From NCBI RefSeq assembly GCF_964204645.1, contig NC_134032.1, positions 15,860,275-15,924,274 on the forward strand: a stretch of 64,000 nucleotides of DNA, written 5' to 3'. How positions within the stretch are numbered: position 1 is the stretch's first letter; each line of letters starts with the position of its first letter. Below, one piece after another: positions 50,450 through 63,299 of the stretch. A model generated the notes under the pieces. That model worked only from the letters and a program-made list of their open reading frames with translations. It ran no database searches and was not told where the DNA came from. Both the position numbers and the translations under genes were made by a program. Source of the stretch: Tubulanus polymorphus. Taxonomy: Eukaryota > Animalia > Nemertea.

Positions 50450-52782
50450 CCTGTCCGGGTCAGACTCCCTCGGCATATCTATATGAAATAGCGGCCCCTG
50501 TCCCGGGTCAGACTCCCTCGGTATATCTATATGAAATAGCAGCCCCTGTCCCGGGTCAGACTCCCTCGGCATATCTATACTGAAATAGTGGCCCCTGTCC
50601 CGGGTCAGACTCCCTCGGCATATCTATACTGAAATAGCAGCCCCTGTCCCGGGTCAGACTCCCTCGGCATATCTATACTGAAATAGTGGCCCCTGTCCCG
50701 GGTCAGACTCCCCTCGGCATATCTATACTGAAATAGCAGCCCCTGTCCCGGGTCAGAATCCCTCGGCATATGTATATGAAATAGCAGCCCCTGTCCCGGG
50801 TCAGAATCCCTCGGTATATCTATACTGAAATAGCAGCCCCTGTCCCGGGTCAGACTCCCTCGGCATATCTATACTGAAATAGCAGCCCCTGTCCCGGGTC
50901 AGACTCCCTCGGCATATCTATATGAAATAGCAGCCCCTGTCCCGGGTCAGAATCCCTCGGTATATCTATACTGAAATAGCAGCCCCTGTCCCGGGTCAGA
51001 CTCCCTCGGCATATCTATATGAAATAGCAGCCCCTGTCCCGGGTCAGAATCCCTCGGTATATCTATACTGAAATAGCAGCCCCTGTCCCGGGTCAGACTC
51101 CCTCGGCATATCTATATGAAATAGCAGCCCCTGTCCCGGGTCAGAATCCCTCGGTATATCTATACTGAAATAGCAGCCCCTGTCCCGGGTCAGACTCCCT
51201 CGGCATATCTATATGAAATAGCAGCCCCTGTCCCGGGTCAGAATCCCTCGGTATATCTATATGAAATAGCAGCCCCTGTCCCGGGTCAGAATCCCTCGGC
51301 ATATGTATATGAAATAGCAGCCCCTGTCTCGGGTCAGACTCCATCGGTATATCTATATGAAATAGCGGCCCTGTCCCGGGTCAGACTCCCTCGGCATATC
51401 TATACTGAAATAGCAGCCCCTGTCCCGGGTCAGACTCCCTCGGCATATCTATATGAAATAGCGGCCCCTGTCCCGGGTCAGACTCCCCTCGGCATATCTA
51501 TATGAAATAGCGGCCCCTGTCCCGGGTCAGAATCCCTCGGCATATGTATATGAAATAGCAGCCCCTGTCTCGGGTCAGACTCCATCGGTATATCTATATG
51601 AAATAGCGGCCCTGTCCCGGGTCAGACTCCCTCGGCATATCTATACTGAAATAGCGGCCCCTGTCCCGGGTCAGACTCCCTCGGCATATCTATATGAAAT
51701 AGCGGCCCCTGTCCCGGGTCAGACTCCCCTCGGCATATCTATATGAAATAGCGGCCCCTGTCCCGGGTCAGACACCCTCGGCATATCTATATGAAATAGC
51801 TGTCCCTGTCCCGGGTCAGACTCCCCTCGGCATATCTATATGAAATAGCGGCCCCTGTCCCGGGTCAGACACCCTCGGCATATCTATATGAAATAGCGGC
51901 CCCTGTCCCGGGTCAGACTCCCTCGGCATATCTATATGAAATAGCGGCCCCTGTCCCGGGTCAGACACCCTCGGCATATCTATATGAAATAGCGGCCCCT
52001 GTCCCGGGTCAGACTCCCCTCGGCATATCTATACTGAAATAGCGGCCCCTGTCCCGGGTCAGACTCCCTCGGCATATCTATACTGAAATAGCAGCCCCTG
52101 TCCCGGGTCAGAATCCCTCGGCATATCTATACTGAAATAGCAGCCCCTGTCCCGGGTCAGACTCCCTCGGCATATCTATACTGAAATAGCAGCCCCTGTC
52201 CCGGGTCAGAATCCCTCGGCATATCTATACTGAAATAGCAGCCCCTGTCCCGGGTCAGACTCCCTCGGCATATCTATACTGAAATAGTGGCCCCTGTCCC
52301 GGGTCAGACTCCCTCGGCATATCTATATAAAATAGCAGCCCCTGTCCGGGTCAGAATCCCTCGGCATATCTATATGAAATAGCGGCCCCTGTCCCGGGTC
52401 AGACTCCCTCGGCATATCTATACTGAAATAGCGGCCCCGGCCTGTCCCGGGTCAGAATCCCTCGGCATATCTATACTGAAATAGCAGCCCCTGTCCCGGG
52501 TCAGACTCCCTCGGCATATCTATACTGAAATAGTGGCCCCTGTCCCGGGTCAGACTCCCTCGGCATATCTATACTGAAATAGCAGCCCCTGTCCCGGGTC
52601 AGACTCCCTCGGCATATCTATATGAAATAGCGGCCCCTGTCCCGGGTCAGACTCCCTCGGCATATCTATACTGAAATAGCGGCCCCTGTCCCGGGTCAGA
52701 ATCCCTCGGCATATCTATATAAAATAGCGGCCCTGTCCCGGGTCAGACTCCCTCCTGAAATAGCGGCCCCTGTCCCGGGTCA
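50450..52782. repeat. 48-49 bp minisatellite, about 48 copies
   Basis: cctgtcccgggtcagactccctcggcatatctatactgaaatagcagcc. Confidence 0.97.
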
Positions 52783-53837
52783 CTTCCTCAACGTGCCATT
52801 AACATGTGTTTTTTGCTAGATGAGCTGATCCGTATAAAATAGATAAATAGATAAATAAATGGATTGACAGCAGTGGACAGGCAGAGTGACAGACACCACC
52901 AGTACGATCCGAGTGCCGCGAGTCCGTGCCGCGGTTCATACATTCATTCACTCATTCATATTCGCCCGCGAATCGCTAATAACCGGCACCGGACAATAGT
53001 CCGGTCCAGGTGTCCATAATGACGTCAGAGCTGTCAAAATAGAAATGTGGTGGTTTCCCAAGAAAATCACGTATAAATAAATAAATGAATGAATGGATTG
53101 ACAGCATTTGGACAGACAGACAGAAAACATACACACAACCTTAATAGTGGTGAGTATCATCAGTCCTACCTAATCATCTACTCCTTATATATTTTATTTA
53201 ATTAAAAATTAAAATTATAGTTGATTGATTGGAATGTGAGTGATGATGGTAGGTAGCTGGTGTCGGTAATGATAGATCGAATTGATTCCTCAATCCAATG
53301 ATTATATGATTATTCAGTCTGTTGAAATAGGATTCAACTCTGCTGGGCCCAGATCTGTTTTAGGTCCAACAGGGCGGGCAGGGGGAGCCGCGGGGATAGC
53401 ACTCAGAATTCTACAGATTTTGTGACCAGAATAAAACTGATCTTTAAATCTTTAAGAGTTATTGCACAATCACTGATTCACCGGTACTGATATTAATTCA
53501 GTTGAATTCCGTTTAGTGGAGGGAGAGGGTTCTACTCCTACTAGAGATGTACAGCTGACCTCAAAATAAAACTGATCTAATGTTTAAAAAAGGGTTATTG
53601 CATGATTCTGTTATCTGTAAGGAGTTGAATAAGTGAGGAGTATGACTCATTCCTAGTTAGTCACCTAATCGTTGGTGGTGTAAGCTTTTACAAACTGATC
53701 GGCTTGAAACATATCTGATCGTGAAACCACCTTGTGACCGATACTGAGACTAGACTCCATCAGTCACAGGGAATTCTGGGCCCGGTTGCGTAGTAGGCCG
53801 TGTATCAAAGATATCTCTAGGGATTAATCCTCAACCA

Positions 53838-54063
53838 GGACCCAGTTCCAGTTCCGAGTTAATATTAAACTCTGATTTAACTCACTCTAACTCACAACTG
53901 TGGAACTGGATCCTGAGTTCAGAGTTAACTCAAACTCACAACTGTGGAACTGGATCCAGTTCCACAGTTCTGTGTTAAGATTTGACTCCGAGTTAACTCA
54001 TTGAAAATGAACTAACTTTAACTCAGAGTTAACTCTAACTCACAACTGTGGATCTGGATCCTG
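53838..54063. mobile_element. Tandem MITE copies with GGATCCAGTTCCACAGTT termini
   Basis: ggatccagttccacagtt ... aactgtggatctggatcc inverted termini; partial repeats upstream. Confidence 0.65.
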
Positions 54064-54250
54064 GGAAACAACCACCATAGTAACAATGAGGAACCAGTGA
54101 TTATTTTTCTTCCACATCTATGAAAACCGTCTTTAAATTTTCTCTTGTAAACAGGAAGTGGTAGGGAGTAACAGGAAACGGTACGGAGTAACAGGAAGTG
54201 GTATGGAGTAACAGGAAGCGGTACGGAGTAACAGGAAGTGGTATGGAGTA

Positions 54251-56576
54251 ATGGCTGTCTCTGATTGGTCGTTCACATTAGATGAATTGCGTAATACTCG
54301 AATGAATGATAATGAATTCAATAAAGAAACAGACGTGATCTCAAATCTGGAGACAACAATGTCTTCGTCGTCGCGGCAACTCGTACAGATACTCAACGAA
54401 CACGTCATGTGGTTAATTAACGATAATGGTAACGACCACGAGAGGGCGCCACCGGTAACCGACGACGACGACGAGTCATCGGTCTCTAGCGGAGGAATCA
54501 GTTTCGATCACGAAATCGGTTTAGTTTACGCCGAGGAACGTCCCCCGGAGCTGTCCTCGTCGGAGCCATCCTCGTCGGCGTCGAGCGTCGTGTGTAAAAT
54601 CTGTTTCGACGTGCAACAATGCGTGTATCGATCGTGTTGCCTAGCGCCGTATTGCGAGGATTGTTTAATGAGATACGTTAACGGACAGGTGGATGATAAA
54701 CTCGTACCGGTCGTCTGCCCTTCGACTCACTGTCAGTCGATAATCTCAGATAAATACGTTTATCGATATCTCAAATCTCCCGCTACGCGAGATAAATACA
54801 AACGATTTATCATCGATTTGAATCGAGATCCGAATAAGAAAACGTGTCCTCATTGTAATCACATCACCGAGGTGGATATAGATACAGTGCGTAAAAAGGT
54901 TCCGGGGACTCGACGGACTGGATTTGTAGTGGAATGTACGGCTTGTCAGTTGAGATGGTGTTTTCAGTGTCAGTCGCCGAGTCACGCCGGTTTATCGTGT
55001 CGTCAATATCAACGCGGAGATCGTCTGCTGAAATCATGGGCTAAACATCGCCGTGGTTACGATCAGGCCCCTAACGCCCAAAAATGTCCGAAATGTAAGG
55101 TACGTAATTTGAGTTATACAGTAGTTAATTTGATGATGTCATAGGGGGATTTATGGAGGCAGACATCTTTTCTAGAAGGGGTTTACACATTAAATCACTA
55201 GACAATTTGATGATGTCATAGGGGGATTTATGGAGGCATACATCTTTTCTAGAAGGGGTTTACACATTAAATCACTAGACAATTTGATGATGTCATAGGG
55301 GGATTTATGGAGGCAGACATCTTTTCTAGAAGGGGTTTACACATTAAATCACTAGACAATTTGATGATGTCATAGGGGGATTTATGGAGGCAGACATAGT
55401 TGAAATAGACATAGTAGACAACTGTGATGTCATAGGGTGAATAAAAGAGGCGGCCATCTTAAATTCCTGATTTCTATTGACAGTTTTACATCGAGAGATC
55501 CGAAGGATGTGATCACATGACCTGCTCGAAGTGCCACACCGATTTCTGTTACCGTTGCGGCGAGCGTTACCGTTCAGTTCAGTTGCTAGGCAACCATCAC
55601 AGTCGATGGAGTATCCTCGGCTGTAAGTACGTACATCGACCGAATCAACCAATCAGACGCAAGCTAGAAAGAGGTTCCATATTTGGTAAGTTATTTATAG
55701 TTCGTTCAGAGAAAGCCGACGAATTTAAAATTCAAAAATGTATTTACATATTTTTCAGTAAGCGCACTGTTCGCAGCGCCCCCTGCGATCGTATTCGGGG
55801 CAGCAGCTGCCACCGTGTTACTCGGAACGGGAGTTCTACTCGGACCCGCGTACGGTTTCTATCGGTTACATAAATACCGTAAGAAGAAACGTCGGGAGCG
55901 TGAACTGGCCGAGTGGGATCGACAATGTCGCCAGGAACTCGTGAGATATCGCTGGCTCGAGGAATCTATCATCAGACGTCGATACCTAGAACAGATCGCT
56001 GCTGCTTCTACTGACCATCACCAGGTGGCAGCAACGACAGCTTCTACTGATCACCACCAGGTGGCTGCAACAGCTACTACTGATCACCATCAGGTGGCAG
56101 CAGCGGCAGCATCAGATCACCATCAGGTGGCAGCAGCAGCTTCTAATCATTACCAGGTGGCAGCAGCAGCAGCTTCAGATCACTACCAGGTGGCAGCAGC
56201 AGCTTCTACTGATCATCACCAGGTGGCAGCAGGGTCAGTGGTGTATGATAATGATGATGATGATGATGAGTTTATCTCTGATGAAGATGATGTCTGCTAC
56301 GATATTCTTCCTTTCGATGATGATGATGATGAAAATGATTTAGCGTCGCGTACCGCTGATCACAGTTGCCATGGTGACGATGTAGTTTGTAATTGTAGTG
56401 ATGATTTAGTCGGAGACAGTTTAGATTTTCTGAGAGAGTTTTACGAAGGTCTCTCAGACGCCCCCTGGTGTCAGGATTGTGATACTAATTGTAATTATAA
56501 CAATGACGATGATGGACCCTGTTGCCATGGTAATAATGAACTGGTTTCCGATGGTGATTACGATACATATTTATAA
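54251..56576 (+). CDS. RNF217: RBR E3 ubiquitin ligase, RNF217-like
   Basis: Exons 54251-55099, 55484-55685, 55759-56576, phase-compatible. RING1 CKIC..SCC...YCEDC..CPSTHC; IBR KTCPHC...CTAC...WCFQCQSPSHAGLSC; RING2 [41 protein letters not shown].RGS then hydrophobic TM and basic patch as in RNF217. Confidence 0.88.
55127..55440. repeat. 77-bp intronic tandem repeat; same family at 61530-61950
   Basis: gacaatttgatgatgtcatagggggatttatggaggcagacatcttttctagaag. Confidence 0.9.
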
Positions 56577-56944
56577 CACACCCAGTGTTTGACAGACAGA
56601 CAGACAGACGTTACAGTGTTTGACAGACGGACAGAGACACTGTGCAGTGTGTCTGTCAGTTATCTAGAGTTTGTGATGATTCAGTTTATTGTGAAATAAT
56701 TGTTGTTGTTTGAATAATGAACAAACTTGTAAATCCTTGTAAAAAAACTCAGGCGCCTGGCGGGCAGGGAGCAGTTTGTAACTGCCAGTCAGGTGGTCAG
56801 TCAGGGAGCAGTTTGTAACTGCCAGCCAGTCAGTCAGGCGGTGAGTGGGGGTGGTAGTCTGTCTGTCAGTGATGTTTTGGCACTGAATGAGTTAATTGTT
56901 TATAGACACTCAAATGTGGCTTCATGTGCAATACATTTATACAC

Positions 56945-57200
56945 GTACCGGGTGGTACACCCTGTACCCAGTGGTATACCCTGTACCCAGTGGTATACCC
57001 AGTACCCAGTGGTATACCCTGTACCCAGTGGTATACCCTGTACCCAGTGGTATACCCAGTACCCAGTGGTATACCCAGTACCCAGTGGTACACCCTGTAC
57101 CCAGTGGTATACCACTGGGTACTGGGGGTATACCCAGTACCCAGTGGTATACCCTGTACCCAGTGGTATACCCAGTACCCAGTGGTATACCCAGTACTGG
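56945..57200. repeat. 20-bp minisatellite
   Basis: gtacccagtggtataccc(a/t). Confidence 0.9.
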
Positions 57201-57536
57201 GGATATCCCCGGTATTGGGTTAACCCCCGGGTACTGGGGGTTAGGTATTGGGTATTCTCTTGGTACCAAATATACCCGGAATCGGTATACTCTTAGTACC
57301 AAATTTACCCACTAGGTTTTATCTCACTTTGCTGCTGCGTAGATGTGATGATCGTGTAACTATTATTCAGCAACTCCTCGGATTATTACCTGACAAGGTA
57401 ACGACCTCTATTGTTAAATATCGGAATTAAATCAAAGTGAAAATATATATATACAACGTTATTGATTAAATAAAGGTTGAGTTAAAACTTATTTGGGATA
57501 AATTTGCCACAAGTTGAGGAGATAAAAACTGAACAT

Positions 57537-58168
57537 CTGTCTCTAATCTACAGTAGACTCTCCACTCTTGTCTCTGATCTACAGTAGGCTGTCCACTCTT
57601 GTCTCTGATCTACAGTAGGCTGTCCACTCTTGTCTCTGATCTACAGTAGGCTGTCCACTCTTGTCTCTGATCTACAGTAGGCTGTCCACTCTTGTCTCTG
57701 ATCTACAGTAGGCTCTCCACTCTTGTCTCTGATCTACAGTAGGCTGTCCACTCTTGTCTCTAATCTACAGTAGGCTCTCCACTCTTGTCTCTGATCTACA
57801 GTAGACTGTCCACTCTTGTCTCTAATCTACAGTAGACTGTCCACTCTTGTCTCTGATCTACAGTAGGCTGTCCACTCTTGTCTCTGATCTACAGTAGACT
57901 GTCCACTCTCGTCTCTAATCTACAGGTAGACTGTCCACTCTTGTCTCTGATCTACAGTAGGCTGTCCACTCTTGTCTCTAATCTACAGTAGACTGTCCAC
58001 TCTTGTCTCTGATCTACAGTAGGCTGTCCACTCTTGTCTCTGATCTACAGTAGGCTCTCCACTCTTGTCTCTGATCTACAGTAGGCTGTCCACTCTTGTA
58101 TCTAATCTACAGTAGGCTCTCCACTCTTGTCTCTGATCTACAGGTAGACTGTCCACTCTTGTCTCTGA
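57537..58168. repeat. 31-bp minisatellite, about 20 copies
   Basis: tctgatctacagtaggctgtccactcttgtc. Confidence 0.95.
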
Positions 58169-58482
58169 CTGTCTACAACTGTACATACAGTATGACACTG
58201 ACCAATCACAGAAAAACTGCCAAGAATAATTTTTTCGAATTATGCATTGTTTTTTTTTTAATTCTACATAATTCCTAGAATTTCATAAAAATCTGAAATG
58301 ATTCTCCGTTTTGTGCCAGACATGTTACATTGTACCGGTAATAAATAAGACTTCATTGTGTTATAGTATAATTAATGAACATATATGATTTTACAGTTTG
58401 AGGACAAGTTATACAGTCAGTTATTAACCAAGCCCCCCACCCCCGCTCCCTGAGGTAAGCAGAGTAAAGCCTACTGTTATAC

Positions 58483-59152
58483 TGTACAGTAGATTCTACA
58501 CAGTAGGCTCTACTGTGCTGTACAGTAGGCTCTACTGTGCTGTACAGTAGGCTCTACCGTGCTGTACAGTAGGCTCTACCGTGCTGTACAGTAGGCTCTA
58601 CCGCGCTGTACAGTAGGCTCTACTGCGCTGTACAGTAGGCTCTACTGTGATGTACAGTAGGCTCTACTGCGCTGTACAGTAAGCTCTACTGTGCTGTACA
58701 GTAGGCTCTACTGTGCTGTACAGTAGGCTCTACTGCGATGTACAGTAGGCTCTACTGCGATGTACAGTAGGCTCTACTGCGATGTACAGTAGGCTCTACT
58801 GCGATGTACAGTAGATTATACTGTGATGTACAGTAGGCTCTACTGCGATGTACAGTAGGCTCTACTGCGCTGTACAGTAGGCTCTACTGCGCTGTACAGT
58901 AGGCTCTACTGCGCTGTACAGTAGGCTCTACTGCGCTGTACAGTAGGCTCTACTGCGCTGTACAGTAGGCTCTACTGTGATGTACAGTAGGCTCTACTGT
59001 GATGTACAGTAGGCTCTACTGTGATGTACAGTAGATTATACTGCGCTGTACAGTAGGCTCTACTGCGCTGTACAGTAGGCTCTACTGTGATGTACAGTAG
59101 GCTCTACTGTGATGTACAGTAGGCTCTACTGTGATGTACAGTAGATTATACA
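58483..59152. repeat. 22-bp hairpin-unit minisatellite, about 30 copies
   Basis: gtacagtaggctctactgcgct (cagtag-gct-ctactg stem). Confidence 0.95.
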
Positions 59153-59578
59153 GTGCTTACTTCTACTGGGTCTCACTACTGTACTCTGAGCACTATGCCT
59201 ATATGCTTACTCCATTCTGAACGTATTGTTTCGATACATAGGCTTTTGATAAAACTGGCCACTAAGGCTAAAAAAAATTGATACCTTGTTTCTCCGCTCT
59301 GCTGAGCTTAAATGATGACCCGGCCAGCCGCCTATCTACCCTATACATTACTTTTTTTAAAATCGTGATCAATTTTACCATAACAGACCCGGCCGCTATA
59401 GAAATGAACTGTTTATAAATTTTATCATATTTTACAAAAATGACCCGGCCGCTGCGGAGAAACAAGGTATCATTTTTGTTTAGCCTAATCAGGAGCTGAT
59501 TCATGATGATATATGGGGAAGCGTACAGATTTATCAAATTTGTTTTAATACCCTCTTTCATATTGTCAACAAACATAC

Positions 59579-59826
59579 CAGGGTCTGATCTAAACACTTG
59601 TCCGATTGCCCGGGACAAGTTTATTCTCATCGGGGCAAGTAGGTAATCATTATCATTTGTCCCCCGGGCTAGTGCAATTTTATGTCACAAAGCTTTTTTC
59701 CCACTCGATACAACGGATGATAGTGCCACCAATCCGACTGCCTGTGTAGTAGTAGGGCAAGTAGCTTTTGGAGGGGGCAAGCGAAATTTCAGGGCAAATG
59801 GCTTTCATTTCTTAGATCGGACCCTG
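59579..59826. mobile_element. MITE with 15-bp TIR (hAT-like ends)
   Basis: cagggtctgatctaa ... ttagatcggaccctg; repeated gggcaag subterminal motifs; no clean TSD. Confidence 0.55.
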
Positions 59827-60049
59827 AGATACCGGTAATAAATGTATCCACTCCTGTTAATAACCAGATTACACAGTTTTAAATCCTAATTTTGCGACCC
59901 TTTTTCCCCATCCTCTGAACTACAAATATTTGTTCATACATCGCGTGCGTCTAAAATAAATTCTGTCGATCGATAAAAGAAGCTACTCTGACTATGTATC
60001 ATTAATCTATACAGTGATTATAAACATCAAAGAGACAAGTGTCTATATA

Positions 60050-60367
60050 CAGTGCAACCTCATCTGAATGACCTCAGAATGATATAATTAATGATTTATC
60101 GATTTTAACAAACCTAGAATTTCATGTCAGATACGACAATACCATCAACATGTACTTACATACTTGATATAACGATTTTATAGCCCCCTGGGGCCAGTTG
60201 CACAGTCGGGACTTTAAGTCTAAAACTGCCGGTCTTAAATCTTAAGACTGGTCTTAAGTTGTGTTAGATTGGCCATAGAACTAAGTTGGTCTAGAATGGT
60301 CTTAAGTCTAAGCCCTGACTTTGGAACCAACCCCTGAAGTTCGTTTCGTTGCGATGAGGTCCCACTG
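60050..60367. mobile_element. Tc1/mariner MITE (TA TSD) with nested Harbinger-type MITE 60191-60333 (CTG TSD)
   Basis: ta-cagtgcaacctcatc ... gatgaggtcccactg-ta; inner ctg-gggccagttg ... aaccaaccc-ctg. Confidence 0.75.
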
Positions 60368-60449
60368 TAGTCATTTATATCACATTGAGACAATTAAAAA
60401 AGAACTGATTGAAAACCCATCTACGGAATATATATTATCATCGTCGAGG

Positions 60450-63142
60450 TCAAGGTCGAGTAGCGTCTGCCGTTATTGATTTATTATTAATCGTATGTTC
60501 GGCTTTAGCGACCGCTTGCGAAACTTCACCGTTTGTTTTTGTCGCGAATTTACCGAGTAATTTCGGGCAGACGAGTCGACCTTCGGTGACCTTCGCGCAG
60601 CAGGTCAGTAGGTCATACTGTACGCGGTCGCTGACGGTTGAGTCGTGTTTATATTCGGGGTGATTCCCGATAAAATCTCGTATCCAACCAGCTGTCGTCA
60701 TCAGTTCACCTGAAATAATTATTCAAATATTTATAAGTTTCCATGAAATTGTATTCGATCTTGCAGAAATATTAATCACGAATATTAGAATCATTTCCAC
60801 AGTTCTGGACCCAGTTCCACAGTTCTGGACCCAGTTCCACAGTACAGGACCCAGTTCCACAGTTCTGGACCCAGTTCCACAGTTCTGGACCCAGTTCCAC
60901 AGTTCTGGACCCAGTTCCACAGTACAGGACCCAGTTCTACAGTCCTGGACCCAGTTCTACAGTCCTGGACCCAGTTCTACAGTTCTGGACCCAGTTCCAC
61001 AGTTCTGAATCCAGTTCCACAGTTCTGGATCGAGTCTCGAGCCTCTATGCGAGTGAGTCTCGAGCCTCTATGCGAGTGAGTCTCGAGCCTCAATGCGAGT
61101 GAGTCTCGAGCCTCTATGCGAATGAGTCTCGAGCCTCTATGCGAGTGAGTCTCGAGCCTCTATGCGAGTGAGTCTCGAGCCTCTATGCGAGTGAGTCTCG
61201 AGCCTCTATGCGAGTGAGTCTCGAGCCTCTATGCGAGTGAGTCTCGAGCCTCTATGCGAGTGAGTCTCGAGCCTCTATGCGAGTGAGTCTCGAGCCTCTA
61301 TGCGAGTGAGTCTCGAGCCTCTATGCGAGTGAGTCTCGAGCCTCTATGCGAGTGAGTCTCGAGCCTCTATGCGAGTGAGTCTCTTACCGGACGCTCGCTG
61401 TGAAATCAGTTTCAAATACTGTAGAATCGTACACAGAGTGTCCACATCTACTTCAAGGTCGTTTAAATATCGTCGAATTAACGGTATCAATCCGGGAAAA
61501 CCATTCTCCTGTTAAAATATACAGCAACATGTCATAGGGGGAATCATAGGGGTAGACATCTTATCTAGTAGTGTCAGTATCAAATCACTAGTAGGAGACA
61601 ATTTGATGATGTCATAGGGGGATTTGCGGAGGCAGACATCTTTTCTAGAAGTGTCTTTAGATCAAATTATTAGTAGACAATTTGATGATGTCATAGGGGG
61701 ATTCATAGGGGTAGCCATCTTATCTAGAAGTGTCTATAGATAAAATCACTAGTAGGAGACAATTTGATGATGTCATAGGGGGATTTATGGAGGCAGACAT
61801 CTTTGTCTACAAGTGTCCATAGATCGAATCACTAGTAGGAGACAATTTGATGATGTCATAGGGGGATTTATGGAGGCAGACATTGTTATTATGGATTAAG
61901 CGAACATTTATATATAACTATCGGTAGGTATTTCGATGATGTCATAGGGTGAATATAATTCTGACCTGTCCGTTGATAATTTCGTTGATACTCATCTCCC
62001 GATACGTTGAATGGATACATTTGATTTTCTCCTCGTTCGACAATAAATCACAGTTTCTCATCGATTTGAATTGAACGTCTTTACGAAAGTAAAATCGCTC
62101 CTGTTTAACGGCGTCTCGTCTCTGAGCTTTCTGCATGTTCTCTTCTACCTATCAATATAAACACAAATATCAGTCAGAGGGGTAGAGAGTGGGAGGGGGA
62201 GAGTGGGAGAGAGAGAGTGGGAGGGGTAGAGTGGGAGGGGTAGAGAGTGGGAGGGGGAGAGAGTGGGAGGGGGAGAGAGTGGGAGGGAAGGGAGAGAGTA
62301 GGAGGCAGAAGAGTGGGAGGGGGAGAGTAGGAGTGAGTGGAAGGGAGAGAGTAGGAGGCAGAAGGAGAGTGGGAGTAAGTGGAAGAGAGAGAGTAGGAGG
62401 CAGAAGAGTGGGAGTGAGTGGAAGAAAGAGAGTAGGAGGGAGGAGAGTGGGAGTGAGTGGAAGGGAGAGAGTGGGAGGGAGGAGAATGGGAGTGAGTGGA
62501 AGAGGGAGGGAGGAGAGTGGGAGTGAGTGGAAGGGAGAGAGTGGGAGGGAGGAGAGTGGGAGTGAGTGGAAGAGAGAGAGTAAGAGGGAGAAGGAGAGTG
62601 GTAGTGAGTGGGAGTGAGTGGAAGAGAGTAGGAGGGAGAAGGAGATCGGGAGTGAGTGGAAGGGAGAGAGTAGGAGGGAGAAGGAGAATGGGAGTGAGTG
62701 GAAGGGAGAGAGTAGGAGGGAGGAGAGTGGGAGTGAGTGGAAGAGAGTAGGAGGGAGGAGAGTGGGAGTGAGTGGAAGGGAGAGAGTGGGAGAGAGTAGG
62801 AGGGAGGAGAGTGACAAACAGAGGGAAAACATGGAAATAAAGAGGTCAAACGTACCTTCGATATCGGAATCAGAAAATTCAAATTAAACGATAAAATGAC
62901 GCGCGTCAATAAAACGATGAAAGTCGCGTAAGCTGCGTTTTCAAAATCAGTCAGTTGAACCTATAAAATAAACCACACTACTAGAGCCCTCTATTGGAGA
63001 CAAGGTTTAATAACCGTTATTACTCTCGGGATGATGATGATAAGCGAACCTCAGTAGGACGGAACTCGACCCTCCAGCCGATCGGTGAATCTGGAGGTGG
63101 CGGTTTAAACCTCATCGTCTGCCAGTTTGTAGACTGAATATT
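60450..63142 (-). CDS. GCLC: Glutamate-cysteine ligase catalytic subunit, last five exons (5' part lies beyond the window)
   Basis: Exons 63142-63050 ([31 protein letters not shown]), 62960-62856 ([11 protein letters not shown]...FLIPISK), 62148-61966, 61508-61388 ([10 protein letters not shown]...VDVDT), 60709-60450 ([23 protein letters not shown]); all GT-AG and in phase. Confidence 0.97.
60796..61032. repeat. 20-bp minisatellite in GCLC intron
   Basis: ccacagttctggacccagtt, about 12 copies. Confidence 0.95.
61032..61383. repeat. 23-bp minisatellite abutting a GCLC splice donor
   Basis: gagtgagtctcgagcctctatgc, about 15 copies. Confidence 0.95.
62176..62815. repeat. GA-rich polypurine low-complexity tract in GCLC intron
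   Basis: gagagtgggagtgagtggaagg variants; explains ORFs 62145-62909. Confidence 0.9.
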
Positions 63143-63299
63143 CTACAAATAATAAACATACGTATTGTGGTCAGTTAACTCATTTTCTCATCGATTCTTA
63201 CTAACGACTAACGACATAATTCAAAATTCTCTGATTATTTCCTGACCCTGTGGGGCCTATTGTCATTAACTGTCATTAGCAAGTACAACAAAAACAACC

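Noticed and set aside
62145-62909. 254-aa ORF
   Set aside because: Only the first residues are GCLC exon; the rest is intronic low-complexity read-through.
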